The notes under the pieces were generated by a model. That model was not told the origin of the DNA. It was given only the letters and a program-made list of their open reading frames with translations, and searched no databases. The position numbers and the translations under genes were made by a program. From NCBI GenBank assembly GCA_977030845.1, contig OZ365118.1, positions 18,476,001 to 18,540,000 on the forward strand: DNA of 64,000 nucleotides. The letters run 5' to 3'. Source of the stretch: Fimbriosthenelais zetlandica. Lineage: Eukaryota. Positions 22,280 through 37,100 of this stretch are shown here, one piece after another. Position 1 is the first letter of the stretch, and each line of letters opens with the position of its first letter.

Positions 22280-24806
22280 CATTTATCTTTGTTTATTAGG
22301 GCGAGTTGGCTCTAATGGTGCTAGCAGTGCCAGCTTCCTATTAGCAGTAGCAGATCCTGTTATCAGTAATGACTTTATGAGGTTCTAACTCCTGTATTTG
22401 CAGCGTTCCCGGGTACAGTGGCGCCCTCTGTGAGGTGATGAGTAAACCAGGAAGATTACAGCGGCCTCCAGCCCGCACTCCGAGCGCAGTGAGAGGTGGA
22501 TGGTGGAAGAGTGAACTCCAAAACCACCCAAAATACCTACATACACCAAATATAGGCCTCAAAAACCAGAAAAAACAACAATAACTACCATCTATACCGC
22601 CTCCCAGGATACCGGCTGACACACGTCGTGTAGGTGCTATATTTTATTGAGGTTTTAATTATTTTAAGGTCAATTAAATTTGATTTTAACTGCACGGATG
22701 TGAGTGATACTGGAGGACAGGTGTTGGTTTGATTTCAGGAATTGGATTAATTGTGTGTGGAATGATGGCTGACTGGGCTGAGAGTGAGGGGAGGAGGAGG
22801 AGCGGGGATTAACATGCCTACACCTTGATATTACCCTCATGGTAAGATGCTGCACTTTATACTTAATACTTCATACTTTAATACATAAACGAATATATAG
22901 TCATTCTTCAACCTATCACTAATTTAATTGTTTTAAGAAGGTACAACTGTCAGATAATGATGCTGGTTTGTGTCTTTGTAAAAGAGTATTTAGTTATTTA
23001 TCCTGATTTATTAAAGCGAAAGAATTAGAGATATTAAACTTATGCGCAGCAGTTAAGGGAACCTTTTAGTAAATGATCATAAAATAGTCTTTGGTGCCTC
23101 CATCCGTCCTCTCTACCTCCCTCTCTTCCGCCTTCCTCCCTCTCTTCTGCCTTCTCTCTCTTCTGTCCCTCCTTTCCTCCTCACTCATTTTCTTTTCTCT
23201 TCTTTCTCACCCCCTCTCCCTAGCTATATCCCCACTCTCTCCCTCCTCTCTCCTCTATATCTCTTTGCTCTCTCTTCTAACCCACCTTGTTTTTTCTCTC
23301 CCTACCCCCACCACTCGAGCACGATTCATGATTCATATTTAGCCTGTATTCTCAGTAATGAGATATTTACAGATTCTAGTTTAAACTGAGCGATCTGTCA
23401 AGGCTCATTAGACATGGAGTAACAGGGAAGCTATATAAACAGGTCTAAAAGAACTGACAATTATAACACAACTGAGATGAGCTAGCAACGAGAATAACAC
23501 GTCATTAATGTAAACGATTCAGATCTACATCTGACTGATGTTGACGTTTTATGCTATTTAGATAAAATGAATTTATAGCCTCGACAGGGGGACGTTATGA
23601 AAAATCCCAATTCAATTTAGATTCTCATAAAATTCGTAATGAATGTAATTAATTTTCTCCGATGGTTTTAATGTGATTAATAGATTTTGTCTGATTTGAG
23701 AATTAGAAGCGTCAGGGATTATCTGTTAGAAGCGTCAGGGATTATCTGGGTTTATAAATAGATTTATGTTATCTCTGGGAGAAGTTGTGCTCTCTCTCAG
23801 GTCGAGTGTCGGCCTCTCTGATCGCCCAGTCTGATATTCTCAGATTTACTACCCCCAAGTCACTAACCCTCTCCCCTAAACGGCCAGTAAATGTCCTGAT
23901 TTAGGGGTGTCTGGGGTGGGGGCTCGTCCCCCCGTCACCCTACATCTCGTGTTTGACACCCTGGTCTCTGGGGTCTGTAGTTTAGCCTGACCACATGACA
24001 GCCAGCTCTGATGGCATGACTTTAATCTTAGGCCAAAAAACCAGTACGTTTATAGTAACTAGTCAGAAAACTTGACATTGACAGTAGCTACCTCCACAGT
24101 TTCATTTTTATTGCCTCAAAGAATGAGTTGTTGGGTTATGTAAGACCAGAGGTGGGTTAGCTGTGAGAAGGGTGAGGTAGGGTTAGCTCAGATTAGGGTG
24201 AGGTGGGGTTAGCTATAAGATTATCGGGGAGAGGGTGTTGGCTAGGATTATTTAGTATGGCATGGCGCCAGATTAGGGTTGTAAGACGCAGGGTTAGGGC
24301 TCATAACTAGATCTAGTGACGGTTTGGCCTGTCGTAGATAACATTAAATCTGTCTGTACTGGCGTATACCATTCCCCTTGTTGTATAAGTACAGTGGGCC
24401 CAGAAAGTGAGCCCACAGAGTGAGCCCACAACTCTCCTCCCATCCTCCCTCCCTCTGTTAATAACGTCAGATATAAATATTTGTTGATTCGTACCTCAGC
24501 CATCATTCGTCGTGGGTTTTGATGTGTTTTGTATTTTCCCTCCAGGTTCTCGATGTAAGCGTTCACATCACAGCGGCTCGGATTTTAATCAATGTGAAAA
24601 TGACAATAAGTTCTGAGGATATCAGCTACAGCCACAACCTGGATTTTGTTCAATGGGACTAAAAAGGTTCGTGAAAATGTTACATGAGAATTCTGATGCC
24701 ATTTCAATATCATAAGTCAGTCTGGATTTACTTTGCGGTCCTGTTTGAGACCTCAACTAGGCATTGATTCCAGTCAAGTGTATGTGAAAACGCCCGCTTA
24801 TCTTAA

Positions 24807-25033
24807 GCCACGCCCACTTATTCTAGGCCACGCCTATTTACTTAGCTCCGCCCCTGTAATGTGGGCACGCCCCCTAGCTTCACGACATGTTACCAGCCCC
24901 TCTCTGCTGCTACTTCTCATACTGGATTTATACTCGTCTTAATCTACAGGTGAATCCCGCTAATCTCGGGTCTATGATAAGCCACGCCCCCAGGTGATAA
25001 GCCACGCCCCTAGTTACATCGCCAGCCACGCCC
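24807..25033 (+). promoter_or_regulatory. Cluster of GCCACGCCC (SP/KLF-type GC-box) motifs before the start codon of channel gene 2
   Basis: Perfect copies at 24807, 24981, 25001 and 25025, plus near-matches. Confidence 0.4.
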
Positions 25034-25042
25034 ACCTGCACC

Positions 25043-25143
25043 ATGACCAAGGCACAGCGTCTGTTATGGACTACCTTCTTTGCGGAGACCACCCTACATG
25101 GAGTTAGCCACGCCTTCGATCCAAAGTCAGGCAAACGGCGAAG
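25043..25143 (+). CDS. Channel gene 2, exon 1 (HG motif)
   Basis: MTKAQRLLWTTFFAETTLHGVSHAFDPKSGKRR followed by donor GTATGT, phase 2; not present in the ORF track. Confidence 0.85.
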
Positions 25144-28100
25144 GTATGTTCACAGATAGCATTTCTTACTCTTTCTTTTTTTCCCAATGTTTGCTTCATA
25201 TGAATGACAGGTCAGTTCTGAGGGTACAAAATATTAGTGTCGAGACGGGGAATCGAACCCGGATCTCTTGTAAATCGAGTCTTACTAATATTAAATTGAT
25301 TATCTGGGATTACATAACTTAATATCTAATACTAAAACTCCAGGGACTTGTTGGCTATTAGCTGACCTACCAAATACATGTATTTAACAATAGTTTCCTA
25401 AATTCCGGCGGTTATTTATTTAATATTAGAGAGAGTCTGGTTGAGCTTGATGTGAGTTTAGACCCACCACCATGTGTAGACTGTAGGCTGGCTTTATTTT
25501 CTCTAATATCGCCCACTCTGCCGTGAGCAGCGCCACCTTTGAAGTATAATTGAGGTGAAGACATCAATTTACCTTCAAGACGCTCACTATCCCTGACCAC
25601 CCTACTCTTATAGACCAACTCACTAAAAACAGCCTGCTGCTCGAAATAAACAAGGTTTTTATGGTAATTTAGAGATAGACTGGGAATATTCACTTAAAAA
25701 TATAAAGATGGACGGTGCTCATTTTTGCTACTTTACAAAGACTTACAGTAAAGTGCAATGGTTGTCTTTTATATGAGATATTATCATCTATTTCCCTGCT
25801 ATTTTATCTCAATAATAACTCCCCCACCCCCACACCCCACCCGTCAGAAGACACAAGTCTGCCTGCTTTTCTGTCCTGAATCACCTCTATATGTGACTAC
25901 CGCCATTATACCCCCGCCCACCACCAACATCTAGTCTTTTGGGTGTTCCTCACATAGGTTTTTTCTTAAGTAACCTGGTAATGTTTTGCCTGGTAATGTT
26001 TTTGCCTGGTAAGGTTTTTAGTCTGGTTTTATGGAGACCACTTTGAGGGACTTTAGTGGGATATATGTCTGTCAGCTAATACAGCGCTTAATGGACCTTG
26101 ATGTAAAAACTGACCACCTCCCTCCTGCCCCCTCCTGTCCCCTCCTGCCTCCCTCCATCCCCTTCCTGCCCCTCCTGCCTCCCACCTCGTCCCCCTCCTC
26201 CCTCCTCCTCTGTAGCAGACAGTCCCCTATACTTACCTCCTGTCTTGTGGGACGCTGGTAACTATGGAAACATAATGTCTTCTGCTCACTTAGCTTACCA
26301 CTTTATAAAGAAGACCTGCACGTTCTCTTTCAAAGCCTTTGATATTTTACTGGACAATTTTTGTTCTTTTCTCCACATAATCATCTTTCCATTACCCACT
26401 CTCCCTTTCATGGTATGTTTTATAAATTGTGGAGGATTTTTGAGAGTTGTTAGGAAGATTTTTGTTATGTAATGGTTTATGTTTTTAATGGTGTGTAAAA
26501 TGAATTAACTGAATGATATTCAGGACCCATCTAGTCAGCACTATGGGTTATCTACTTACACAATAATTCTCTATATACATTTACCAGTTTCTATGGTAAC
26601 AGACCATTATGTGGAGTAATGACTCAGCGTTTCTATGTGTGACCACACTCATCCCTCACACCATCCCTCACACCTACCTTCACACCTCTAACACTGGTTA
26701 CATGTATATTAATCTCCATTCTCTCACCCTCTCCCCTCCCTCTACATGGACTAACAGGTCCTCAAGTCCCCGAGGTCACTAGCAGCCCCTGAACTAAATC
26801 ATGCTCAGGAATACAGTAATATTGTATTTATACAAATATTGGTAATATAAGCTCAATCCTTATGTACCATTTGTACCATTTCATTCTAAATATTTAATTC
26901 ATTGTGAAGTTCAAGAAAAGCCCTATCGCTTTTTTACAATCCATTTTGAAAACAAATGATTGAGGTTGGAAGATGCTATAGGCCTACTCGTTTATGAGTT
27001 TGACCAAAGTCCGTGATTGAATACATGGAATAAATTATAAAATATTATAAAATTGCTCACGTATAAAATTCATAATAAGTTTTATCTGCGGCCACCCAGC
27101 CGCTGCCGGGCTCTCATCTCATTAAACCAGCAGCTAAACCAGCCTCTAGGTTCATTTAATTTTACCACTCCTGGTCCTACCGGCCTCTCCTGGTCCTCCC
27201 AGCCTCTCCCGGTGTCCTGCCGGCCCCTCTCAGCCCGGGTTTATAGGTATCTATAGTCGGGTAGTGGTCATTTACTGGCTATTTGGACATTAGGTTAGAT
27301 GACCATAGCGTGGACAGCATTCTCAAGCCCTCTATCTGCCCCTAACTGCTACTCACACCGCCTCTAATACTGTACTATACATAGACATACTATTATGTGG
27401 TCTCCTGGGCCACTTCCAGGATTAAATCTATCACATTTGGTTCACAAAGCCCTTAGACAATGCCTGGGACAATGACCCTTTTAACTTCAGAGGTATTCCC
27501 CCGTCTATAATGTAATGAGGATATCTATAGGTGGACTTAATTGCTTGGATCTTTATGGTTGGATAGTGGGGAAGGGTGTACATGTATCATATCATTCATT
27601 TTAATTTCCCTCCTATTATAAAACAGACCACACTGTTTGCCTCTCTTATTGAGGCTTGTTTTAATTCAGGTTAGCTTGTCTTTGACCGCCAAGCCAACTA
27701 CAATCATCACCTTTTTTTACTGAAAGTCAAAAATGAAATAATCCATTATGGCTGGAAGTGATGGACAACGTTAAAGTCCATGAAAAATTAAGATAAAAAG
27801 CTGGTGATCCGCGCTGTGTGAGAGGGATGGAGTCTGGGCTGCCTTACATCACTCACACAGCCCGATACAGACGAACAAAAACACACTAAACGACAAAAAA
27901 ACACACTAAACGACACAAAAAACACACAAAAACATCGAAAATACTCAAATAATCACTTATAGCCGGGGGTGGGCTTCATTCAGTGCCTATCTCCCGGACC
28001 ATACATGGTCTAAAAGCTCGGTGTTGATTTAATTGGTCTGGCTACATTTATATGTTACAAAAAACCCATCCAGGTTGATCCAAGCTTTGTTACTATGAAA

Positions 28101-31100
28101 TATATTGGCGTTTTCTTGGGTCCAATATCACAATAAATAACAAGTTAGACCCTGCTACCAAGTCTAGTTTATAAATCGGTGAGAAGAAGGTAAAGATTCC
28201 AGAAACTGATAGGGATATATAGAGTGAGTCGATCTTGATATGATATATTATTTTAGTATGAAACAATGTAGAATGTAGAGCTCTGTGATAATGAATTAAT
28301 TAGGTCCGGGATCTAATAAACATGTGTGAGCTCGTGTTCTCCTCTCACCAGCTGTCCCACTGACATAAACGATACAATAACAGCTGATGAAAAGAAAGAT
28401 GGAATCACAGCTGATGAAAAGAAAGATAAAATCACAGCTGATAAAAACAGGGAAAAACAGGAGGAGCGGAGAGAGGAGCAGGTGTGTGGTGGTGATGTGA
28501 GAGATGGCTGGTTGGTGAGAGTCAATGGTGAGCTACTCACCAGACCTTACCCGATACATGGACGTCTGTTACAGTTAAATCACTCTCATTTACTGCACTA
28601 CTAACTATGTCATATAACCAGAGGTTTCTCACGCGACGTCTCCAGACGTCACAACGTGAGGGACCGCCATTTTAGACGTATGTAACCCGGGGACGTATAG
28701 CACTGTACGTCTATGACGTAGGCAACGTCCAAAAGAACAGAGTACAATACATCAGAGAAGGTTGATTCAGAAGAAGCAGAAAAGAGTTGACAGTGACATC
28801 TTTTAGCTTGGGGCAATGTGGTTGACTTTGCTGTCAGACTTTGATGAATTGAAGAACATGTTTTGTGACTTTTCAAGTCAGTGTCACTTAATGTTTTCAT
28901 CTTTACAAGGAACTTTATTTGATGGAGTTAAGTTAAAACATCTTCTGTGAGAGTTAGTTTCATGTCTGGAGGAGAAGTAGACCTCGCATTTACCAAGCTT
29001 CCCTGTCTGGTTCACAGTGTATTTTTATTTTGTTTTATCTCGGTTTTTATCTCAGGTCTGTGTGAACATTTACAGACTGGCGCGCCCTCTGACTTACATA
29101 CACCTCTCTATTTCCGGTCTGCACACCTCTGACTTCCGGTGGGGGTGTCGCGTGTATCAGAGACGCTGAGACAATTGATTGAGCGTTGATTTTACCTCCA
29201 GGCCGGTAGACCCTGCTTCCCCTGCCCCCCCCCCCCCCCCCTGCCCCCAACCCTCCTCCAGCAGACTGGTCAATGCCATAGATCTGCACCTCCAGGGTCG
29301 ACCATAAGCCACATTTACTCATGTATAAAAGGGTCTCATATCCACTAGTCTTCTTCACCTCAGTCCTTTAACATTTTCTTCTAATTATTTATAATATTGT
29401 AGTTTTCCCCATTTGTTCTCCCATTCCTGCCACCAAACGAGTCTAATAGTTTGTGTCAAAACGACGTCTCTCCTGAACTTTTCACTCATTTTCATATACT
29501 ACTTGTTACAGAGACTGGGAGGTTTCCCTGTTAGCTCTGGTCTCCACACCTCTCCCTTTTACTTCCCTTTTACTCTCTTAATTGTGTTCCCTTCCTGTAT
29601 CGGGTATAGATGTTTTACGACCTATTCTCGCCCCTCCCCCCTATATAAGGTATAGATGTTTTAGGACCTATTCTCACCCCTCCCGCTCTATAAGTATATA
29701 GATGTTTTAGGACCTATTCCTGTCTCGCCCGGGGTGCTATCTGCGACTGGTGACAAGTTGAACCTCTCAGTTGGTTGATCTGCTGTGTGGACTGCTCTAA
29801 CGTAGCTACCTCCCAATTACACTGTCAATTCTCATTGATCCTATACCCGCTACACTCTCCCCACATCAACCTACATCTCCATACAGCCTTCCTACATAAC
29901 CATATACCATGTCTATTTATGTACATGTATATCTGTACACACTCCCTAAAAGTATAAAAGAATTGAGGATAAATATAGACATTCTCTTATACTTCTGTCA
30001 TACCCCCCGTCCATGGAGGGTAGTGTTGTGTATGGTAGGATTTTCTGCTCTAATTTCCTCCAGGTCCCCCAGTAATTGTATCAGACGCCGCGGGACGCTG
30101 GGGGAGCCGGGGGGGGGGGGGGGGGGGGTAGAGCATGAGGTGTGGTGAAATCTCACAACATTCTCCTATGATTATCCCCTCAATCTGTATAGCCAGTCTG
30201 TAGAGAGATGAGCGCCAGTGAGCCTCAACACCTCCAGGATTACCATCAGATTAATACTAATCCACGGCAGGTACTCCTACCAATCACAGCCCCCAGCCTC
30301 CCCACGCTAATAATGAAACTAACTGTAGACCTAATTAAATATATAAATATTATATTACCATTGTCGATACCGTATCACAGGTCCTATAATATGAGTATTT
30401 CATGGCCAGGTTAGATCGTTTAACACAGATATCATATGATATGATCACAATGGTACATTCTAGTACTTGATAAAAATAAGAAGCATTTTCAGCTTCAAAA
30501 ATATGTCAGGGTTATCTGACATATTATCTGTCATTTTCAATGATTGAAATTGTCAGTGGTAACCCTTACTTAGGTGTAAGGGACTGTTAAAATTACAAGC
30601 ATTGGATGTGAACAGAAATATAGTATCAGACAGCTATTGGATGTAGCCGAATAGAGAATCGGATTAGTGTATGGGCACCTTTAGTTTACTGGTTAGAATT
30701 CCAGATCTGTACACGTGCAATCTGTCAATTATAACGGATCTTTATTAATGAAGATTTAAACTAATCAGTGATCGGGGTAGAGTGGGATGGGGGCGTCTGG
30801 GTAACTAATCCTCTCATTATTAACCTCCTCCATCCCTCCTATCACTCACACTCTCCAGCTGTAATAAATTAATGCCAAGCTTGCCTCAATATTTCCCCAT
30901 CCTTAACAATGCTTCAAGTTCATAATCTCAGAATTCACTGGATGCCAATCAGTGTGTAGGCCTGCCTAGCTTCCATCTGTCCTATAACGTCTAGAAATTA
31001 ATCATTATTTGATTTCTGTCTACGGTAGGCTTACACCTGTCCGTCTGCAGCCTATTTTCACTCCCTCTGTCCCCCTCCTCCTCCTCTAACTCCTGGTTGG

Positions 31101-34100
31101 GGTGGGGGTGGGGGTGGGGGTGGGGGACGGGGATGGAGAGGAGTGACGGTAGGGGGATCTATAATATTGACGTGTGGTCTGACGTCTGCAGGGAGGGTAG
31201 AATACAATAGTTAATCTACTGTATCTCTCCTCAAGACTGCCTTGTTTTTTCAGGCTTTAAATGTACCAGTAAAGAGTGTTTTATCAGGGTTTATTTATAT
31301 CCTGTCTGTTACTATATATAGCACCAATCAGTGCTGGACGACCATGTTTTAGTCGGAATTATTCAGGCAGCCTTAGTCCAATATAAACGGGGGTAGGGGG
31401 AAGGGATGGGGAGATATTGCTCTGACCTGGGGCTTTCCATTCATTCCCAAGTTTTTATTCTAAAAAGTTCGCTGAATTGAAGAATTAAATTGAAGTTAAT
31501 TGTAATGTTGACACCAGTGGGTACTTTGCTCTCGCCCAGAGCTCATTCCCAGTCCAGGCGGAACTTAATTAATTTATTTAGTTTCGTATTTGAATGCTCA
31601 CTTAAAGATGGAAGTCTTTAAAGTGATTTGATTTGTAAAATTTCACCTTAAGATACAAATTCCTTCATGATGGAAATTTGTGAAAATAACACCCCGGATG
31701 GCCGCAGCGGAAGTGGCGCTTCATTAGCCAATCAGAGGCCAGCCCGGGCTATCCCATCATTCAGTAGGACCATTTCTGATTAGCTTAGTTTCCGGTTCCG
31801 TGACACGTCATGCGTGTAACTGGAAGTGACGTAGTAGGAACTGATCATACAGCGTTCTGACTAATGACCTTGAACTACACGTACTATACAAGTTTCATAT
31901 TTTTGTAAACCTTTATGAGAAATATGATTGAGGGCGATATTGTCTCCTGAAGAGGAGCGAGAGAGAGGAGAGATAGGCCCTAGGTGGGAGACAGAGAGAT
32001 AGGTGGGAGGGAGGAGAGATAGTTGGGAGAAGGGGAGAGAGATACAGACATAAGAGAAGTGAATCTTCCACATTTCCTGCAGCATTAGGCTGAGATTGAT
32101 GGCATGTGAAACATTGCCAGTCAAGTTATGATTTATTTTTAGTTCATTAATTTATTTCTCATAACCTTGCTGTTATCTGTGACATGTGGCTCCCGCCTGT
32201 CAGCTCTGAACGTCCTGAAAATATCAAATATGGACGAAACACGAACGCGGGTTTCTTTATACAAACTTCCCCGCACCTCCATTTGGCTGGAGGCCAATTC
32301 TCATCTTTATTTTCATATAGAAACATTGAATTTCCCAGCTCACTATGATTGAAATGTTCCAAATATCCACTCTACTCTTTACAGACACTTTGTGTTGTGG
32401 GAACTGGGGTGCATATGTCGGCTGTTATTTTGGTAAATTTTGACAGAATTTTGAGAAAGTTAAAATATAAAAAGATAAAGATCAGGAATGCTGAGCCTAA
32501 TTAAGCATGATTGGTATTTACCTTCATCACGCCAAATGACAACAAATTTTTAAAAATCTCAATATTTCCAGACACAATTTAATTAACCTCCCTCACATTT
32601 TCGATAAAGAAAAATGAAATCTTTACTTTATTTTCCGTCAATGTTTTCTGTGAATCGGATTTTTATTTGACTTCTTTTCTGTAATAATTTCCATTATTTG
32701 TTCACTTTAAAACCTCGGAACACATTTAATTAACCACAAGGAAACCAAAAAATAAAACAACTTTCAACTTTGATTTTTAGCCAACTTTGAACTTTTTACT
32801 GCATCGTTGGCAGCAAATTTGGCCTCAGCAGAAAAACCTTTACCAGTGTCATCCAAATACCGGGCAGTTCTTTCTGACTCATCGACTGTCTTCTCTCTAA
32901 AGATGTTCTTGAAGGGATGTGTTCTTTTAAAGAAGGTTCTTTGAATGACCATCAGCCATTTTACCGGGTACTTAGACCTAATAGATCTTAATACTATAAT
33001 AGGTTGGTCCGTGGGGTAACAGAGTGAGCGATAATAGGAGCTTCTGTCCATAGTAACTCATAATGCGCCGTGACCTCTGTGCTGGACACTCGTGAAGGTC
33101 ACACGCATGCGTGGGACACCTCTATGTAACTCTTTACGTCTGTCTGTGTAGAGTTGGCCAGTAAATCCTGACACCTTACTCTACTTCCACCCCTTCATCC
33201 CTGCCCCTCGCCCAACCCACCTCCAAGAAGCCATAATTTAACACGTAGGCCTACCCCAGAGAATTTGATTTACTTCCGGTGAAATGGAATGAAGCCCATT
33301 GATTGTAGAAGGGAGAGGAAGTGCGCAAAAATAGAAAGCCATCTTCTCAGTACAAAAACGAAAGCTACTAGCTCGCAATTTGCTCGCTACTAACTATAGG
33401 TCGCGATCTTGTTGCTAGATGTCGCGATCTGGTCGCCACAGTTCGCGATTTGCTCGCGAAGTTGGTTTAAGTGTGCTATAGGCTAATGCCTTGGTCTAGA
33501 TGTCTTGTAGTGTTTGATTGTTTTTCTAAGGTGTCGGTTTACTGTATCTTTTATATAGCTTCTTTGTCCAATAAAAGCAGCACAGATGGCATTATTAAGT
33601 CAGAATGTCACCTCCTGCCTTCGGCTGTCAGCTTAATGTGCATTATTTACAGTAAATCTCATCTCATGGATGAAGGCAAGAGTAGCCTGAACACAATGCG
33701 TCACACATACATGTATATACGCCTGCTTACCTCTCCCATTGTTTCAAAACCCCGTTCTCTGTAAGTCAAAGATTACACAAAGCTTCTCTCGATCCCCACC
33801 CATTCCCTCCCACACACCCCTTTACTTATCGTCTGTTTTACCTCAGCATTCCTTCGCCCCTAAAACAGCCTTATACTTAGGAACATTAAACTTTCAACGC
33901 GTCTCCAAGAAAAGACAAACACTTAATGGGAAAATCCTGGAACTTAGAGAGAAACCTCTCGTGTATCGGCTGACGTACGTTGTCTTACATCAACACAGGT
34001 TCTTAATCAAAAACAACACCCACCCGAAAAATGGCTGAAAGCGACGTTAAACCCCATACATCTACAACTAAACCTAAAAATCCCCCCTGAGAATCCTTTA

Positions 34101-37100
34101 ATGTCGTTACCATGATCCTCTTGTCCCATATATTCTAGGACTTCCCCCTTGTCTCCCTGTCCGTGTAATATCTCTGTTTCTGTGATACTTTAGGTTTTAG
34201 TATTCAGAAATGGTAACAGGAGGGTTGTTACAATCACGATAATGACTGAACCCCTCTATACCCACAGAACTGACGCTGGACATTCATGATATTAAAACAA
34301 ATATTTTATAATCTTTATTGATGAAATAATCTTTAACATTTTGTCATATATTGATTGTATGTTTTTTGTTGATTTTAAACGGAGATATGTTTATTGATGA
34401 TTATTATTGATGAAATAATCTTTAACATTTTGTCATATATTGATTGTATGTTTTTTGTTGATTTTAAACGGAGATATGTTTAGCAGTACATCTGTGACTT
34501 ATATCTTGTCATGTTATATTTGTAGATACCTGTGGCGGTGCCTGGTCGTTATCTCCTTTGTGTCAGTTATGGTACTCATCATAATCTCTGTTAAGAAGTT
34601 ACTGGAGCCCACTATAACCACCCAGATAGACGTGTCAGTGGAGGAGTCTATAGAGTTCCCGGCTCTCACCATCTGTCCCGATAACCAGTTCCGGCGGTCT
34701 TACGTTAAGTCACATCCGGAGGTGATACGGTTCCTAGAGAACATCTTCCAGAGTCGTGTAGTGGCGGAGACGGAGGAGGAAGCCCGAGCCGCGGCTAACG
34801 TTACCATAGAGTCCATCAACGTCACGCGGCTAGCCATGGAAGCCGCACACACGCTGCCGGAGGTGGTAGCCTACGCTTTCAGCCCGCTACGTTCCGTCAT
34901 TAAGCCGTTTAACTACCACTCGTTCAAGCCGGTCATCACGGAGATTGGGGTCTGTTATACGCTCGTGGATCGCTGGAGTCTCACGGCTCCCGGCATGCAC
35001 TCCGGACTAAAGCTGATCGCAGGAATCGATCCCAGCGAGTACTTCGTGGGTGAAATGACCAGTGGTTCAAAGGCCGTCAAGGTGGGTCAAATATACTCAT
35101 TACTATATTAAATAATGCCAAGTTTATAATACATTATTACATTAAATGATGGGTCAAATATAATACATTAGGCATTTAATCAGGTCAATAGATCAATTAT
35201 CAGTAATTTTACTCAAAGGCTTAGAGATAGAGCCTGAGATTCCAGAGAATTAGGAGAATTGTCATTTTATTGACATTGGAATATATATGGTAAAATAAAG
35301 CAGTTGGTAAGTTTAGCGTGGGCAGGCACCTTATCAGGGCTGTGTGAATCATAGTGATAGACGAGAACTTACCAGGAAACCCCGAATTAACGCCAGTAAA
35401 CACAGTGCCTGGCCCTGTCTCAAGTATTTCTACCTTGGCTTCAGTCCATCCCCGTCTCAAGTTCCCCCTTCATCTCCCTCCCTGTCAAAAACATCCAGAA
35501 ATAACCGCTTCTTATTCCCACAATTTCTTCATCGCACAATTTTATCTCTTTGCACAACCCAGTCCCAATTTAAGCTTCATTTGAATTCAATAGTTTAAAA
35601 TAAAAAGATTTATGTTTGAGTTGGTGAGGGATGTGGTTGGAAGTGGCTGGGGGGTGGGGTGTGAGGTGTTGGGGGAGGGGGAGGGGGTTTGGATCATTCA
35701 TTACCATCTCAGTTCTCTGCCCATTAAGATAGCATGTAAACCACGCCCTGGGGGCTAGTGAAACGGCTCCCTTCTCACACAGACCCCTTCATTAAAGATT
35801 TTATGATGGCCCATGACTCATTTTAATGTCATTTTTAGCCCGACATGTCTGTGATTTATTGTATTAATATATGAAATATTTGATTATAAAATGAATTATT
35901 GTAGCTGGCTATTTGGTAGCATTAACGGGAGGGTTCAGCTGGAGGTTTAATGATCTGAGGGACGCCGTACGGACGCTGAGTAATATCATTTGTCCAGTAA
36001 CCATGACAATTATAAATCTGATTTAATATCACCGTAAATTGTTACGTACTTCAGCCTCAGCTCAATGACAGACATTGAGAGAATGTGAGGTGAAATGACA
36101 GAGAGAGGGAGAGAGAGGATTAGAGGGAGAGGGAATGACAGAGAGATAGGGAGACAGGACAGAGGGAGGGACAGACAGAAGAAGAAAGTTACATATATAA
36201 TAGAGAGAGCTAGGTATAGAGGGAGAGAGATAGAGGGAGAGACAGAAATAGAGAGAAAGAGAGGGAGAGAGAATGAGAGTGGGAAGGAGAGAGGGAGAGA
36301 GAGAATGTGAATTAGGTTGAGAGTTTGAGGTAAAAGCTGTGTTCATTATCTGAGTCGGCGTCTAATTAACCAACAAAGCGCACCAAATCACAACAAATTC
36401 CACGCCAGGTTAGAAAACACTGACATGTTTAAAGTGGCTGTCAAATTTACAGCAAAATTAATTTAGTGGAATAGCCGTGTAGTTGTGGCTGCCAGCTTGA
36501 CGGTGGGCCTTCATGTCATCCCCCGCCTACTGTCCATCTCCTCTCACAACTCACTAATAACATGTCTAATTACAAACTAATTTACAAGGAATTATCACCG
36601 AAAATGTTAAGCTTCCTCTGTAAAAAGTCACAAATGAATTTAACAAATAATATCTTTGCAAACTTTGAATTTTTGCAGTTGTTAAAGACACAAACATAAT
36701 ATCCACAGTAGAAAGGACATTAAGTTGATTATTATAAAAGTAAATGATTGCCCATTAAGTGTCTAGTTTATACCATGCATGGAGCCACCCTATGTCCTAC
36801 ACAGTCTCACGGGCTCTTACAATTACAGCCCCGTGACTTGCCATATAACATCCTGATAAAAAGGGGAAATCCCAGGCCTCTATACAGGTGGTTATAGCGT
36901 GGTTATATAGCAGTGTTAGAACTGATAATTAATTCAGTGTTCCGGCCTCCTAATTAAAACTTTAACATGAAGAAATGAAAGTAAAACTAAAGTAAATATT
37001 TAATGGACATCAGGCAGGAGCGTGATGTCTGAGGCCGCTTAACTGAGAAATCATGTTCGCCTATATTTGTCTTTCTCCCTTCAGAATTAAAAGCAAATTT

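Noticed and set aside
28352-28528. Possible extra exon of channel gene 2 (ITADEKKD repeats)
   Set aside because: The acceptor phase fits but there is no good phase-2 donor, and it would separate the HG motif from TM1; explained by a 24-bp tandem repeat
36062-36346. Arg/Glu-rich and Ser/Leu-rich ORFs (also 23091, 46827, 57009, 60798)
   Set aside because: Translations of GA/TC microsatellites
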